Source: Phoronis australis (Eukaryota > Animalia > Phoronida). Taken from it: DNA of 64,000 bases. The notes beneath the pieces are model-generated. The model saw only the letters and a program-made list of their open reading frames with translations, was not told where the DNA came from and did not search any database. Where the stretch lies: contig NMRA01000462.1 of assembly GCA_002633005.1 (NCBI GenBank), positions 227,594 to 291,593 of the forward strand. Direction: 5' to 3'. Within the stretch, counting starts at the first letter, position 1. Each line of letters begins with the position of its first letter. The position numbers and the translations under genes are program-made. Shown here piece after piece: positions 51,875 to 64,000 of the stretch.

Positions 51875-52949
51875 CTGTATTCGCCCTAATAAGCACCCAA
51901 GGCGCTTAAAAAAATTTGTTTCGAGAAGGGGGCACTTATTGTAGCCTAAGGTGGTTGAAAATCGGTCTCTGAAACAGGTGAAATCGGAAATTGGGATTCA
52001 TCAAATTTACGCTCTGCAATGTATCTGTAACCTATGACAGACTTTCCACAAAATTGTGGTAAATTGCTATCAAACTTCGTTGTTAAATTACGATCCTTTT
52101 TCAGACAATTATGTGGAAATCCCAGGGTGAAAACGCGCCAAATGATGCGTCACTGACTCGTGATAGTTGATAGGGCAACTTGAATAGTTTCGACTCAACA
52201 AATTACCTGAAATCCTCCTTAAGTTTCCCCAATAGCGTCCCTGAGATTTTTAAGTTCCTGTGGAGTCGAGATTAACTGCAGATTTAAGTCCAAATCTGCG
52301 CTAGATCGCACCCCGTAACACGAGAAAAATCTGGACAAACACATGTTGTTGTTACATGACGTTTGTTTTGAATTTCGTCTGCGTGTGTGTGCCGGGTGAG
52401 CGAGCGCGTGCGTGTCATCAGAGTTCATTTGCCAGAGTAGCAGGCCTATATGTATGTAGCTCGCATTTCCTGGCCACGTGCTTTTAACACTGGTCAAGTT
52501 TTTTATTAGTATTCGATTCGCGGTTTCACGTATACAAAGAAATATGGATTCCTGTTGAGGGAGATCTGTTTGGCAAAGATACAATACAATCCTGTTGACA
52601 AGTACGCTGCATCTGTTCTGAAAGGCCTGACCATGGTGGGATATGTTCCTCGCAAGATCGGCAAAACTTTGCGTTCTTTTTGAAGCACTGCGGAAGTTTG
52701 AAGTGTATAGTCACGGCTAAATACCGAAATAACAGTAAGGGTCGTGGTCTAGAAAGTCCGTGCACAATGATTTTCTCATGACTGTCAGATATTATTAATA
52801 AAGTGAAGACGTTACTGTAGAATTTTAGAACTGTAGGTAAGGCATTTTCGCATGTATACACGTTTATGGGGTGGGCAATTATTTTAGCGAAGTCTGAAAA
52901 TGTGTGGGGGCGCTTATAGGGGCATGGACGCTTATTAGGGCGAATACGG
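51875..52949 (+). mobile_element. TA-flanked TIR DNA element (Tc1/mariner superfamily, Tc2/pogo-like termini), 1075 bp, non-autonomous
   Basis: TA|CTGTATTCGCCCTAATAAGC ... GCTTATTAGGGCGAATACGG|TA: 20-bp TIR with 1 mismatch and a TA duplication. Confidence 0.85.
52510..52820 (+). pseudogene. Decayed HIRAN-like domain ORF inside the TIR element
   Basis: Joining frames gives SIRG/FHVYKEIWIPVEGD.../YNPVDKYAASVLKGLTMVGYVPRKIGK/AFFLKHCGSLKCIVTAKYRNNSKGRGLESPCTMIFS*. This matches the RG(F/Y)HVY..W.P..GE, NP.D.YA..V, VG(H/Y)VP, GLE.PC pattern of HIRAN-like proteins; ~3 frameshifts. Confidence 0.65.
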
Positions 52950-53737
52950 TAATCGGTTCCTGTCTGCACCGAGCTCATTTTGAACCCTGTGTTGTCATTA
53001 TCAGCAAAGTTCTTTTTCTTTTTTTAATAGCTGCAAAAGCATAATCGAGCTATTTATTTAACAAATTGGCTTTGCAACTCAGTAACAGCCATCTCTTTCA
53101 TGGGCTTATTGATAGAGAAGAAGTTTCGAAAGGTTATTTGTTTGGTTTTGACTTGTGGGCATCGCTAGCCCCAACCCCCCCTCACACCTCTGAGGGGAAA
53201 GAAAAAGGTGGCGCTGGTAAAAATATGTGTCTCCCGATCCTTTTTGGCTGTTGTCAGGTGACTTTCTTTTTGAAAACTAAAATTCCACTTCACTGTCAGA
53301 ACCAATTGGGCTGTGTTGGCCTTTAAGCAATCACCTGTGTACACCTTGTAGGCCCGTGTGTATGTTTTTTTGTGTACCAGGCAATGAAAATTGAAACAAG
53401 ATGTTTTCTGATAATGACGTTGTGGAAACATGCAAATTGGAAGAACTGCACCCCCATTGAAAGATCTTGACATCATGCTAGATTACGCAATTTTAAATGC
53501 AATTTTAAACTGTCGATGACAGTCCTACTTCTGCTGGTATACCTGGGAAACCAGTGATTGGTCTATCTATTTTGTGCCAAGTGACCCCCATCATGCAGCT
53601 AGGTCGAACTCTTGTCTGGAGTGGTGAACTGGTAGTCAAGGGTAAACAGGGTTCAGATGCACTTTTAGGAGTCTGAATGATACAATGAACGTTTTTGTGC
53701 GGATTTTGGGCAGTGTGATGAATTTCATGTCTGTTGC

Positions 53738-53873
53738 TGTTAAAGCCACTGTGCATTCACCTCCTGTTAAATTAAACAACATGTTAAAGCCACTGTGCAT
53801 TCACCTCCTGTTGAATTACACAACATGTTAAAGCCACTGTGCATTCACCTCCTGTTAAATTAAACAACATGTT
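53738..53873. repeat. Tandem repeat, 3 x 44 bp
   Basis: tgttaaagccactgtgcattcacctcctgttaaattaaacaaca repeated three times, nearly identical. Confidence 0.9.
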
Positions 53874-54776
53874 TGATATTACATTACTTACTGTTCTAAA
53901 ACTTGTGTTTTTAAGTTGTTGCTTTCTTGGATGATAAGTGAGCTGTGGTTTTGAGAAGAAGTAGCAGTCGGTTGTTGCTTGTGAGCATATTGGATGCATA
54001 AAATGACCCGGGCCTTCGTATAGAACTTCTGATGTGAACGTTTTATTAGAGTTAACCAAGGTATTGATCATTCTTCATGGAATGTCCTTTTACACCTAGA
54101 TTTGTATACTTGCGTTTGTTTGAACAGCAGTGCATTATGGAAACGAAACTTATGCAGAGCTCAACAGTTGTCATTTTTTCCATTCTAGTTCACGATATGC
54201 CATAGATTAGAAAAGTCTTTGTCGGCAAAATACTGTCGTTAGGAAAGTGGCTGAATTTAATATAGTGCAGAGAAGATTTTGATTTAAGGGGACAGTGACC
54301 ATTTTTGCTGTCACGTTTAGTAAAAATACAGATTCCTTGTTATCTTGTAGAGACATTGTGTTAATTACTTTTCACTAGTCGTCTATTTACTTTTCAAGCA
54401 ATAATATAATGCACACTTCCCACCAGCACATCTGTGGGCCACCTGACGATGAGTCGAATGAAGTCACGCCATAGCAATATCCAAAAATGGCAAGTGCAGT
54501 TTCAGCCCTCGTGAACTTACTGCTAGAAGTTGCCAGCTTGTAGTCTTTGTGATGCTTGGGAGACTCGAACACTGCCTTCCTGGTGTTAACTGGGGGGACG
54601 GTATCGCCACCTTTCAGCAAGCCTCAGGTGTTGTTGTTGATTTGGAATGACTGGAAAAGACCTTAATTTTATCCACTGTAAGGGCGTCAGCTTCTGTCAA
54701 TTTAAAAGGAAAAATACTGACAATATTGTAGATTTGTTTTGATTTAGCACAGAATGTGACGGGAAGAACTTTTATT

Positions 54777-55929
54777 ACTTGGCGAAATTTATTTCGCCAA
54801 GTATATTGCTCTGTCACTAAGTTTTTTTTGTTTGTTCGCACGATACAGGTCGCAATTTTCGTCCGATCGTCGCGAAATTTTCACACAAGTTGTACACCTA
54901 TGAGTACAGGAACCCTATTGTTTTTCGTCATAATCAGATCCAAGATGATGGATATGGCGGCAATTTTGTTTCCAATTTCAGATTCAATTGCTCATAGAAG
55001 TAGTAATTTTTGACGTACAGGCCTGAAAATCGGTAGAAAAATTGAACTATCCATGTTTTAAAATCCACAAGAAATTGTTCATTTCTGGTCAAAGATGGCG
55101 AAAATATCGGCCATGGCGCATGCGAACTTCGATTTTGTTTAAAAAAACGTTTTCTCCTGTAGAGGGCGCATTAATGGACCAATTGCTTCGAAATTTTTCA
55201 CAAATTTGTTTTTTTATGACTAGCTATTAATAAATCCTAAAAAACTGGAAGTTGAGTCCAAGATGGCAGATCTGGCGTATGTTGACCCATTTTCAGTCGT
55301 GCGAGAGTGCTATTTTAAACGGAAGAGAAAATGACTGGAATTTTTGCATGTGGATTCTCTGAGGTATAGTCTTTCAAATGACCTGTAACAATTTTTTTCT
55401 TAGACTTACCATTTTCGAGTTATTTGTCTTTTGAATTTCAAAAAAGAACGCAAAATTTCAGTTGTTTTAAAAAAATTCACGGAATTTTTTACAACTAATG
55501 TGTTTGATAGAGTTTTGAACGGGCTTTCAGAAGAGATTTTTCATTTTTCGCTAGGATGTCTACTTTTTGAATTATTCGAGATTTTCTGATAGTGCTGTTC
55601 CTTTGTTGAGTGCTCTTGCTGCATTGATGTTGGTTTATCTTCTATTGAACTAGACTGTAGCCTATTTCTTACTGATTTATGACACCTAAGTTCGTCATAT
55701 GAATGTTATGATGTTATTCATCATAGCCACCATCATCATCATATTCGTCATCTTCGTCAGCATCTCCGTAATCGTCTTTTCAATTAATTTCGCCAAGTGT
55801 CACTCTATACTGTATCCTATTTTTTACTGATTTCTGACATCTATGTTCGTCATATGAATGTTATTATTTCTTGTCGCATCTTTTCTGTTAATTTCGCCAA
55901 GTTTCGCTCCTCGGAGCGCTTTCATTGTC
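54777..55929 (+). mobile_element. HINE-like non-autonomous Helentron, family B, in a MAK16 intron
   Basis: 5' hairpin ACTTGGCGAAAT/ATTTCGCCAAGT (54777-54802); 3' subTIR ATTTCGCCAAGT (55891-55902) followed by GC hairpin CGCTCC-TC-GGAGCG; duplicated 3' segment with a second subTIR at ~55787. Confidence 0.7.
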
Positions 55930-57082
55930 GAATTTCTCAACAAAAAAGTAAGGAACTGTTACTTCATTGATAACACCATTTGTACCATCTGGGTGCCGTA
56001 AAAGTACACTTGATACTTTTTGTTATTTATGCCATTATACAACATGAGTCCTTATAGGCAAAATAACACATTTCTTGGGTACATTTCATATTCAGCATTC
56101 CCAAATGTACGGCCATAGACATGCATGCATGTTTATATATAAGGCCATCCGGAGTTTTAAAGCTCGCCATTATTTTTCTTGTGTTTTGTGTCCGTCATCT
56201 ATTGTCATAATGATAAAGAGTCAAAATTAATAAAATTTTATAATAATATAATAATATCGTAAGGTTTAGAATGATTAGCGATCTTATAGTAGAGCTTTGA
56301 AATGTTTTACCACCTCAAGATAACATGTTGTCTGAGTTGACAACTATGATAATCTCATTCATTCAATGCTTTTAACTCGTTTAGCACTCCCAAAATTATT
56401 TTGCTAAACTTGTGTTGGATTTGGTTTCACGTCATCATCAACTCGCAAGAACTTGGTTTTATGTGTTTCTGCTAAAAGCTGACCTTTCTTGTTTTATGAT
56501 AATTTTCACTTATTTTCTACAAAAATAATCCCCAAACCTGTCACTTTCCTGTTTTGCAGATGTTGAAGACCCTACTACTAAGCGTGAAATTTTGCTAAAT
56601 GTCTGTTTATGACATCTTAATAGGGATTATTAATTTCCGAATCTTTAATTATATTGAGAAATTTGACAAAAGCTAAATAGGTAAAACATTTTCATAGGTT
56701 TGCTAAGTAGTTACTGCTGGGGTGTTGACTACACTCTCGATCTCCTGTATTCAGTGAGTGTTGTCTAGCTGTTCTGTTTGTTTGTCACCCACCCTGTATG
56801 GTGAAAAATGAAAGAACGTTGCAATTTGAAATTTTCAGTTTAAGGAACAATATGACGTAGAAGTGTTTTACTTTTGTTTTTGATTCAGCAATAATGGAAA
56901 TGTTGAGGGTTTGCAACATCTGACGACACTTTGAGCGTGTACAGCTGACTAAGATGCCGTTGGAAAGTGGATAAAAATAAATTCGAGCAATTATTTTTGT
57001 CCCAAACTGAAGACGTTTTCTTGCCTTTTCTGCGAAATGTGAAAGAATTGTCTTTTTTTATTTATTTGCATATTTGTTTCAG

Positions 57083-57215
57083 GTGTGTGTTACCTGTACA
57101 TGAAGACTATTGAGAGAGCCGCCTTCCCCGCCCGACTGTGGGAGAAGGTAAAACTGTCGCGGAACTATGAGAGAGCGCTGCAGCAAATTGATGAAAACCT
57201 TATCTACTGGCCGAG
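57083..57215 (+). CDS. MAK16: MAK16 internal coding exon ([45 protein letters not shown])
   Basis: ttgtttcAG acceptor and GTAATG donor; 133 nt; phases fit both neighbours; highly conserved MAK16 peptide. Confidence 0.97.
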
Positions 57216-59110
57216 GTAATGAACCAAGGAAACTAGGTCTTGTCACTTTGAAAGATCTATTTGATACCCTCACCTATGTACATTCTTTGTGAATCAAAAC
57301 ATCGTGTTCTGAATGGAGTTCAGTAGCTATTTCGCGTAATATGGTGCGCCCTCTATGATTCTGTCAGTTATACAAGTTGTAAAAATTCATCAATTTGTGA
57401 CAAAAATAATTGCTAAAGTTCTCATATTTCTGTTTTTAAGAGGCTTACCACATTGTTTCAAAATTTTACCAAATGGGGTTCGACAATACCTCCGTCATAC
57501 AAACCATGCTTAAAGCAAAGTAAATTTTTGTGAAAAGTTGTTCTTGTTGAGAAATTTGACAAAATGAGAACCTGTTTGCCATATTGTGTGACAAACTGAA
57601 GACTTTTTCAGTACCCACTGGGCAGCTCTTGGTCTTGAAGGTCCTTGGTAATTCAGTCATCTCTGATTTAACAGGACGGTGACTAACATGTTAAAAACAT
57701 AATTATGTGGCAATCTTTTCTCATGTACTTTCCAACTAGGCAGTCCGTTTTGACCTAGTATAGTTGAAAACAAACTTAATTTCCAAATTCCAATGCCCTA
57801 TAGACATCATTTACAGGCATGATGTGGGGATATTTTGACCTTTGGGCTTATCTGATCTATTTATTGATAATTATTTCCTGTAAACAACAGTTTGAGAGTC
57901 ATTACACTTGATGAATTATTGACTTCTGGCCAAACTAATTATGCACCTATGGGTATACTTGATCTGTTACCTGAACACTTATTTGATTAACACCTAACAA
58001 CAATATAGTGTTGTTACGCTTTGTACGACATTGATTGTCAAACAAATATCTGTTATTTGCCCCTGGGTTTGTAACCTAATGTTACTGGCAAACTAGAATG
58101 GCAGTTTATGACACATCTTGGGTCACTGGGTATTGACAAATTCTCACCTGTGCTTTTTCTTGTAAACAACACTAAAGACTAAAGTTGTTGCATTTATGTA
58201 TTATTTCAAAGAATTAACTTTAGTGAAATGATAGTGAAAACACAGAATGGAACCGGATGAAAAGTAACACTAAGCTACAGGAAAATTAACAGAAATTGGG
58301 CAAAGTTTTTCTACTTTTTTGAAAACTGTATTGTTTTCACGTGACAAAGTTTCTGCTCATCTGCTCTCACATTATATCAAAAGTCATACTTATCTGCGAC
58401 AGTCGTATCCTTTGCAAACAATTCATTGTCGTCTTTCATGTTGAAATAGTGTCAACAATAATCACATTTTTATCAGTCATAATGTTTCACTCTTTCTGAA
58501 AATGCAGCAGCGTTGCTTTCTTGGTCATGTGCCTTCTAAGGCTCTACTGTTCTTACGACCTTGTATAAAATGAACCCCTGGAGTCCAGGTGTGTAGCACA
58601 CTCAGGTGGAGCTGTTTTCTTTGGGCAAAAGTGTGTGTTGTTCGGTTGCCTTTTCTTTTTAAATCATAGGTAGGGGAGTGCTGCCACACATTCAAAATCG
58701 GGACCCACTAAGATAAGAGCAAGCACCCACCTGAAACAATATCTGTGAGAGTAATTGAGAATCCTACAAGCCTCGGGATTTTGACGAAATTTCCAGGAGG
58801 TTTTTGCCCATGTCATAAATCTAAGACGAGTGTAGGATTTGATTTCTCACATGAACCGTAAAAACGATCTTTTTGCCTAAAAACTCGACGTGTATAAAAC
58901 TTTCAACCACATGACGCAACTTTTGTAAAAACACGCTTACTTTTTGTTCATAGTTTTATTTTAAACTTAGCAATTGTAAATTGCATTGTGCTGTCGTAGC
59001 AAATATTCAAGTTAGAATGTAATGAAAAGTTTTTGAAATTGTGATATTAAAACTTAAAAAATGTTTATAAATAACAGTCAGCAAGGCTTTCCCGCGCATG
59101 AGCACTGAAT

Positions 59111-59284
59111 TGACCTATCGCCAGGACTTTGAGTGACGCCTTAACTGACTATTTAGAACTCATCTTTCTTGGCTCACGTTTGTTTCCAAGCCGCCATTTT
59201 ACCTGACAAACAACACGTTGCCGGGTAAAACTTATTGTTTGTTAGTCGACATTACGCAAGGGGGCGGAGCTTGCGATAGGTCAA
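59111..59284 (+). mobile_element. ~175-bp MITE derived from the same ISL2EU-like family
   Basis: Same AT|TGACCTATCGC..GCGATAGGTCA|AT termini; shared internal tttccaagccgccatt and gcggagcttgcg segments. Confidence 0.75.
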
Positions 59285-59885
59285 TTAACCTTGAGACTAC
59301 ATACCTAGGCAGTATCACTGCATTTCTTGAGTTGGGTTTGTCTCCGTTTGCATGAACGTGGATATGGAATTCGCCGTCGAAGATGGGTCCATTTAAGAAG
59401 TTGTTTGCATGTCCTTTCGACTGGGAGTACGTACAGTTGCGACACTGGATTTGTCAATCATAACCTTGTCACCTTCTCGGAATTCCGGCATTGTTTGGTT
59501 TGCGTGCGTTTGGTTGTTTTAGTGTATTGCAGACGATAAAATGTAAGGCGTATGGATTTCTACTTTGCACTACTTTGTGATCCGCCCATGTAGTATCACA
59601 AAAATTACGTACTCGGTGTTATTAACCAGCCGTGTCGTAACACATTGCAAGTCGTGTGACAAAAACATGCGCATATGCACGTATACAAGTTGGCAACCTG
59701 TCCCTTCCAAGTCATTCAATTGACCTATCGCCAGGATTATGACGGACGGCTTAATTGACCAATCAGAACAAAGCATTCTTGGCACACCTTCGTCTGCGTT
59801 TCCAAGCCGCCATTATACCCGACAAACCACATGTAGTCGAGTAAAACTTACTTTAGTCTATAGCTCAAGAAATTGTCCGCTAAGA

Positions 59886-60101
59886 ATGGGGAAACGGTGT
59901 TGATATGGCGTGTGTAGCACCGACAGCCGTTATGCTGCTCCAGAATAATATCCCGTAATTTTTTGGCATGTCCTAAGCCGAAAAATGATGTTGAAAAGCG
60001 TAAACTATGGATCAAACTGTACGGCCACATGAGCAGCTGAACTTAGCGATGTTGCTTGGTAACTCGAAGGCTATAATAATCACAAATATATTGGTTCCAA
60101 G
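59886..60101 (+). pseudogene. THAP zinc-finger remnant (transposase N-terminus)
   Basis: MGKRC*YGVCSTDSRY.../CPKPKNDVEKRKLWIKL/RPHEQLN.../NNHKYIGSK fits the transposon THAP pattern C..G.C..D.RY, PKP...W...RPH..LN, Y(I/V)CSK; stops and frameshifts present. Confidence 0.7.
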
Positions 60102-60771
60102 ATACGCACTTTTCAGCTTGGTGGCTATATGGTGAAGGGCTATCTCAGATTGTGACTCCCGAGTTTCCTATGTCTAGCCGCCTTTGTCTCGACACCTGCT
60201 GGATCTCAGCACTCTAGCGGTATAGTCCCCGGAAATTGTTGTTTTCAAGGACATTTTTATTTTATTTTTTTATTTATTTCAACCTAACAGATGTACGTTT
60301 TTGTTATTCATAAACCCGTAGGCTGGCGTTCAGCTGAACTTCTCTCCTGGTCAAAATTCAGAGATTCGATCTACACATGCAGGGAGGGGCACTGGATTAC
60401 TGCCGGTAACTCAAAGCCTTGGTCGAGCTGTTGTCACTAAACATAAACTGTTGAATTACTTTTTGACGTGTACCTCTAGTATACACTATGTCTGTAGAGT
60501 TAGACAGAGCTCATTTTGAACTTGTTCAGACATGATATTTAGATTTATGAAGCTTTAAAAAAGAATTTGAGTTATTTTTGTAAATACCCTATTTTTGCAA
60601 CTACCACACCAGAATTGTAATCTTTCAAGTTGTAACCATACCACAACTTAGTAATTATGCTACCTTCAAAATTAAATGAAAGCTACCTTTATGGAATGAA
60701 ACTATAAAAATGCCAAGTTCGTAAGAAGGTAGGCCTAATTTAAATGTCTTAATGGTGCAAACGGACAATTC

Positions 60772-61089
60772 CATAGGCGGATTTAGGGGGTGGGGGCAGG
60801 GGCCCCAGCCCCCCCCCGCAAGCAAAATGAAACAGCAAGAGCGTGAAGCGTGAGGGAGTTCAGTAACTAGGACCGGTAGCGGAAGAGGGGGGCTCAGACC
60901 CCAGATCGCGGCGGAATCGTGTTCCTGTTTTTTTTAGTCCACCGATAGATTTTCTGAACAGAAGGTCCAAAGGTCTGCATCCCAGACCCCTGCAACTTTC
61001 GGGCCGCCTGTGTACATACAATTGCACTTTGCCCTATTCCACGAGGCAACATGTTGGACCCCCTTGTGGTATCCTAGATCCGCCACTGA
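60772..61089. mobile_element. hAT-like GC-rich MITE nested in the ISL2EU-like element
   Basis: Termini cataGGCGGATTTAGG ... CCTAGATCCGCCACTG; a related end CAGTGACGGATCTAGG at ~62758. TSD not clear. Confidence 0.5.
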
Positions 61090-61462
61090 GTTCCAGACAT
61101 TAACTTGACTGACTTAGACACAGCCCTAGACCTACCCCGCCGGAGCTAACTGTTTGCCTAAGACGAGATGAATGTGTACATGAGCTATGAACCTGAATTT
61201 TTTTTATCAAAATATTTCGTTACAAGATTAGAAAAGCGTAAACAGTGCTGTCGAGTCGACCTAGTCAGAGACTATAGTGCATGTGTTGTCTGTAATCTAT
61301 GACCTACTTTACTCCGGGAGTCCCACCAGTTGTGACCTACTTTTTATTTGGCAAAATTTAGCAGACGACAGAATAAAAATATCGGTGAATCTTTACTGAT
61401 TTTATTAGAAAGATCATGAAATCTATGGAATCGTACAGATAATTCGACTTGAAGGTACATAC

Positions 61463-61714
61463 CCAGCTTTACATGAACATATCGTATCAGTGCCCTTGTC
61501 ATTTGCTAGGTGAAGGTGGCCCCGAGGCAGAGGGGTACTTCGGATTTTCGCTGGCTCCTCGAGCCATTTTTTCATCGTCACCTTCACAAATTCCCATATC
61601 ATGAACGTACGATTCTCTGTTGAAAAGCATCCCCTCTTGTCTCTGTCGAAGCGTTTTCAAATAGTGCAAAAACACTCATCGATTCCACAAGGAACGTCGT
61701 TTAGCCTCGGACAT
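61463..61714 (-). pseudogene. Remnant of the second ORF (SWIM/YqaJ-type N-terminus) of the ISL2EU-like element
   Basis: Minus strand gives MSEAKRRS...ESYVHDM... then, after a frameshift, DTICSCKAG ending at a GG|GTATGT donor; CxCxAG is the start of a SWIM finger. Confidence 0.5.
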
Positions 61715-62843
61715 CTCGTTCGAATGTCGGGTATCACATGACTTTTCGCATAGGTGCGGAGCTTGCGATAGGTCAATGGGTGAACTTCCAGGAAGGATGA
61801 GTGTGTCTAGATGATTTGCATTGATCTGCATTGATCTGCATTGATCTGTGCAAGGTTGCACGGAGTAGACAAGCAACTAGTTGGGTAGAATCTCATCCAT
61901 TCGGGATAAAATATGGTGGACAATAGAAATTTTGGTTTTTTGTTTTCCCGTAAACAATACATTTCACCATGTTAATACCTTTGCACGTTTGGGTTCTGTA
62001 TCACAGCTGTCATCAAGTAATATTGTTTGGCCATTCAAAACAATGCTGCAAGTCCTTGAAAAGTGAAAAAAAACACGATTTTGGCAATTTGGGTTATCTG
62101 AAGTAGGTGAGAGTTGACCGTAACAAGATTACTTTATTTTGTGACATTTCACACTGCATTTACGTATACGTTCTGTTTGCAATTAAGTTTCTGCATCGTA
62201 GCTCAATGTTCTGTGGCAGACTATCAGTTTTAGATGAAATTCCTTTTACCATTAAACAAGGTCTTTTCACAATTGATTGAATATTGCGCCAAAGTTGTTT
62301 CTTGTCAACGTCCAAGTTGTGCAGTATGTACTGAATGACCAACTGAAACATGCTGTCACATCTGCATTCCTCCGCAGAAATTTCATGTAATGAGCTGTGA
62401 TCAATATCCTGCTAATGTATTCTTACACGGGGGTACTCCCATAGAAGGTGCCTGTGGGACGTGTTTCTCAGATGGGTCGGGTCTTTTCTACTTGAATTTT
62501 TTATAAAAGGATGTCTTTTCAAAATGATTTCACTTGTGTTATAGGAGCAAAAGGGTGAATTCACTGGAGCAAAATTCTTGGAAAGGACAACTAGTTCAAA
62601 GAATTCTCCAGAACAAATGAATCCATTTTTGTGTTCACTCACTTAAAGGTTAATTATTTCAATCTTCTAGCTATGCACCTATATTGAAAGTACATCTAGT
62701 TGTTTTGCTGCTAACATTGAGGGCTCATGGATGAACTGTGTGCTAGTTGAATGGGGTCAGTGACGGATCTAGGATGTCGTAATGGGGATCCAGCCACAAT
62801 TTTTAGAAAAATGTCCACCTAAGCCCTAAAAGGAGCACGCTGA

Positions 62844-63032
<189 letters not shown>

Positions 63033-64000
63033 TGAGTATTTAGAATTGATGGTGTCTGACGGAAGATGTCTTTCAGCCTAAGATAAAGTAATGTTTAAAA
63101 AAAGTAATTTCTAACATTGTTTTGGAGACCAGTGGATTGAGTGCAGACTGTTACAAACTTTCATCATTTCCCTGTCAGCTTTCAAAAGTATTTGCACAGT
63201 CGTGGGCAGTAGTTGTCATAACTGTTGGCTTGTCATAACCATGTATGGCTATTGGTTGCAAACAAATGCTCGCTGTCACGTTTCTCATCCACTCTTCCTG
63301 TTATTATTCAAACCGAACCTAGATTTTTTGCCCATCGCGTCCGTCGCCCTCCTTTCCGTTACAAGGAAGCAGTGTCGGTTTCCATTCCAGAGTGGTTTTT
63401 CTCAGTCAATGCAATAACAATTTATTAGCTTTTACAGAAGAAATAGCAATTACACGACCGACGTGGTCAGTGACACTTTTTCATCCCTCGTAACAGTTGA
63501 TACCATGAACAATCAGTAGATAAAACTGTTTACAATCTGCAAATGGCTATTACGGGCTTTCTTTTTCAGCAACGTTTGCTGCGACTATATCCCGTGGCGA
63601 TATCCCCGTTGGATGAAAAAATTGTTTTTCCAGTGGTAGTGTTAACGTTTTAATCAATCACTCTTGTCAAATGTAGCTCTTCTCATTCATGTCATATTGT
63701 TGTAGGAAAGTAATTTTTGATGGGCGATTATTAAGTGCCATGGTAAACTTTTATAAAATGGAAACAATTTGTTAAACATTCAATTACAAGCCCGAAGACA
63801 ACTTGAATAGAGATAGTGATTAAAACTATAAAATTACCATTATTTCACATACTATCAGACTTCTCAAATTTATTGAATGCGGTACTGCAACTTCAATATA
63901 TTGGCCTGTCCATCTCACTATTGTTCTGTCTTGCAATTTGATCAAGTTTTTTAATGAGAGAGGATGTTTGACTTATCCATTCATACTATAAACATCATTT

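Larger units (their letters stand above)
59721..61775 (+). mobile_element. Internally deleted ISL2EU-like (PIF/Harbinger-related) DNA transposon
   Basis: AT|TGACCTATCGC ... GCGATAGGTCA|AT termini; convergent remnants of a THAP ORF (left) and a SWIM-type ORF (right). Confidence 0.7.

Overview
AT-rich, repeat-dense metazoan (probably invertebrate) genomic DNA; nothing prokaryotic. There are two recognisable host genes. (1) A UDP-glycosyltransferase on the minus strand, with its whole 518-aa CDS in one exon (12922->11366) and a splice acceptor in the 5' UTR. (2) MAK16 (60S ribosome biogenesis) on the plus strand: four internal coding exons (47058-47104, 50754-50863, 57083-57215, 62948-63031) splice in frame. 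Its ATG exon is not visible and may lie in the assembly gap marked by a single N at 45736; the 3' exons run beyond the window. A CpG/YY1/CCAAT-rich island at ~20.65-21.15 kb looks like a bidirectional promoter. The rest is mainly non-autonomous DNA transposons: pogo/Tc-like TA MITEs, Kolobok-like TTAA MITEs, two Helentron/HINE-like families, a deleted ISL2EU-like element (THAP + SWIM remnants) with its own mini-derivative, and a TA-flanked TIR element carrying a decayed HIRAN-like ORF. Most interesting are HINE cores made of ~150-bp units that each carry a co-oriented CTCF-like motif, the HIRAN-cargo element, and a minisatellite born inside a MITE. I see no well-supported wholly new biological system. 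All TE classifications are by eye from termini and motifs.
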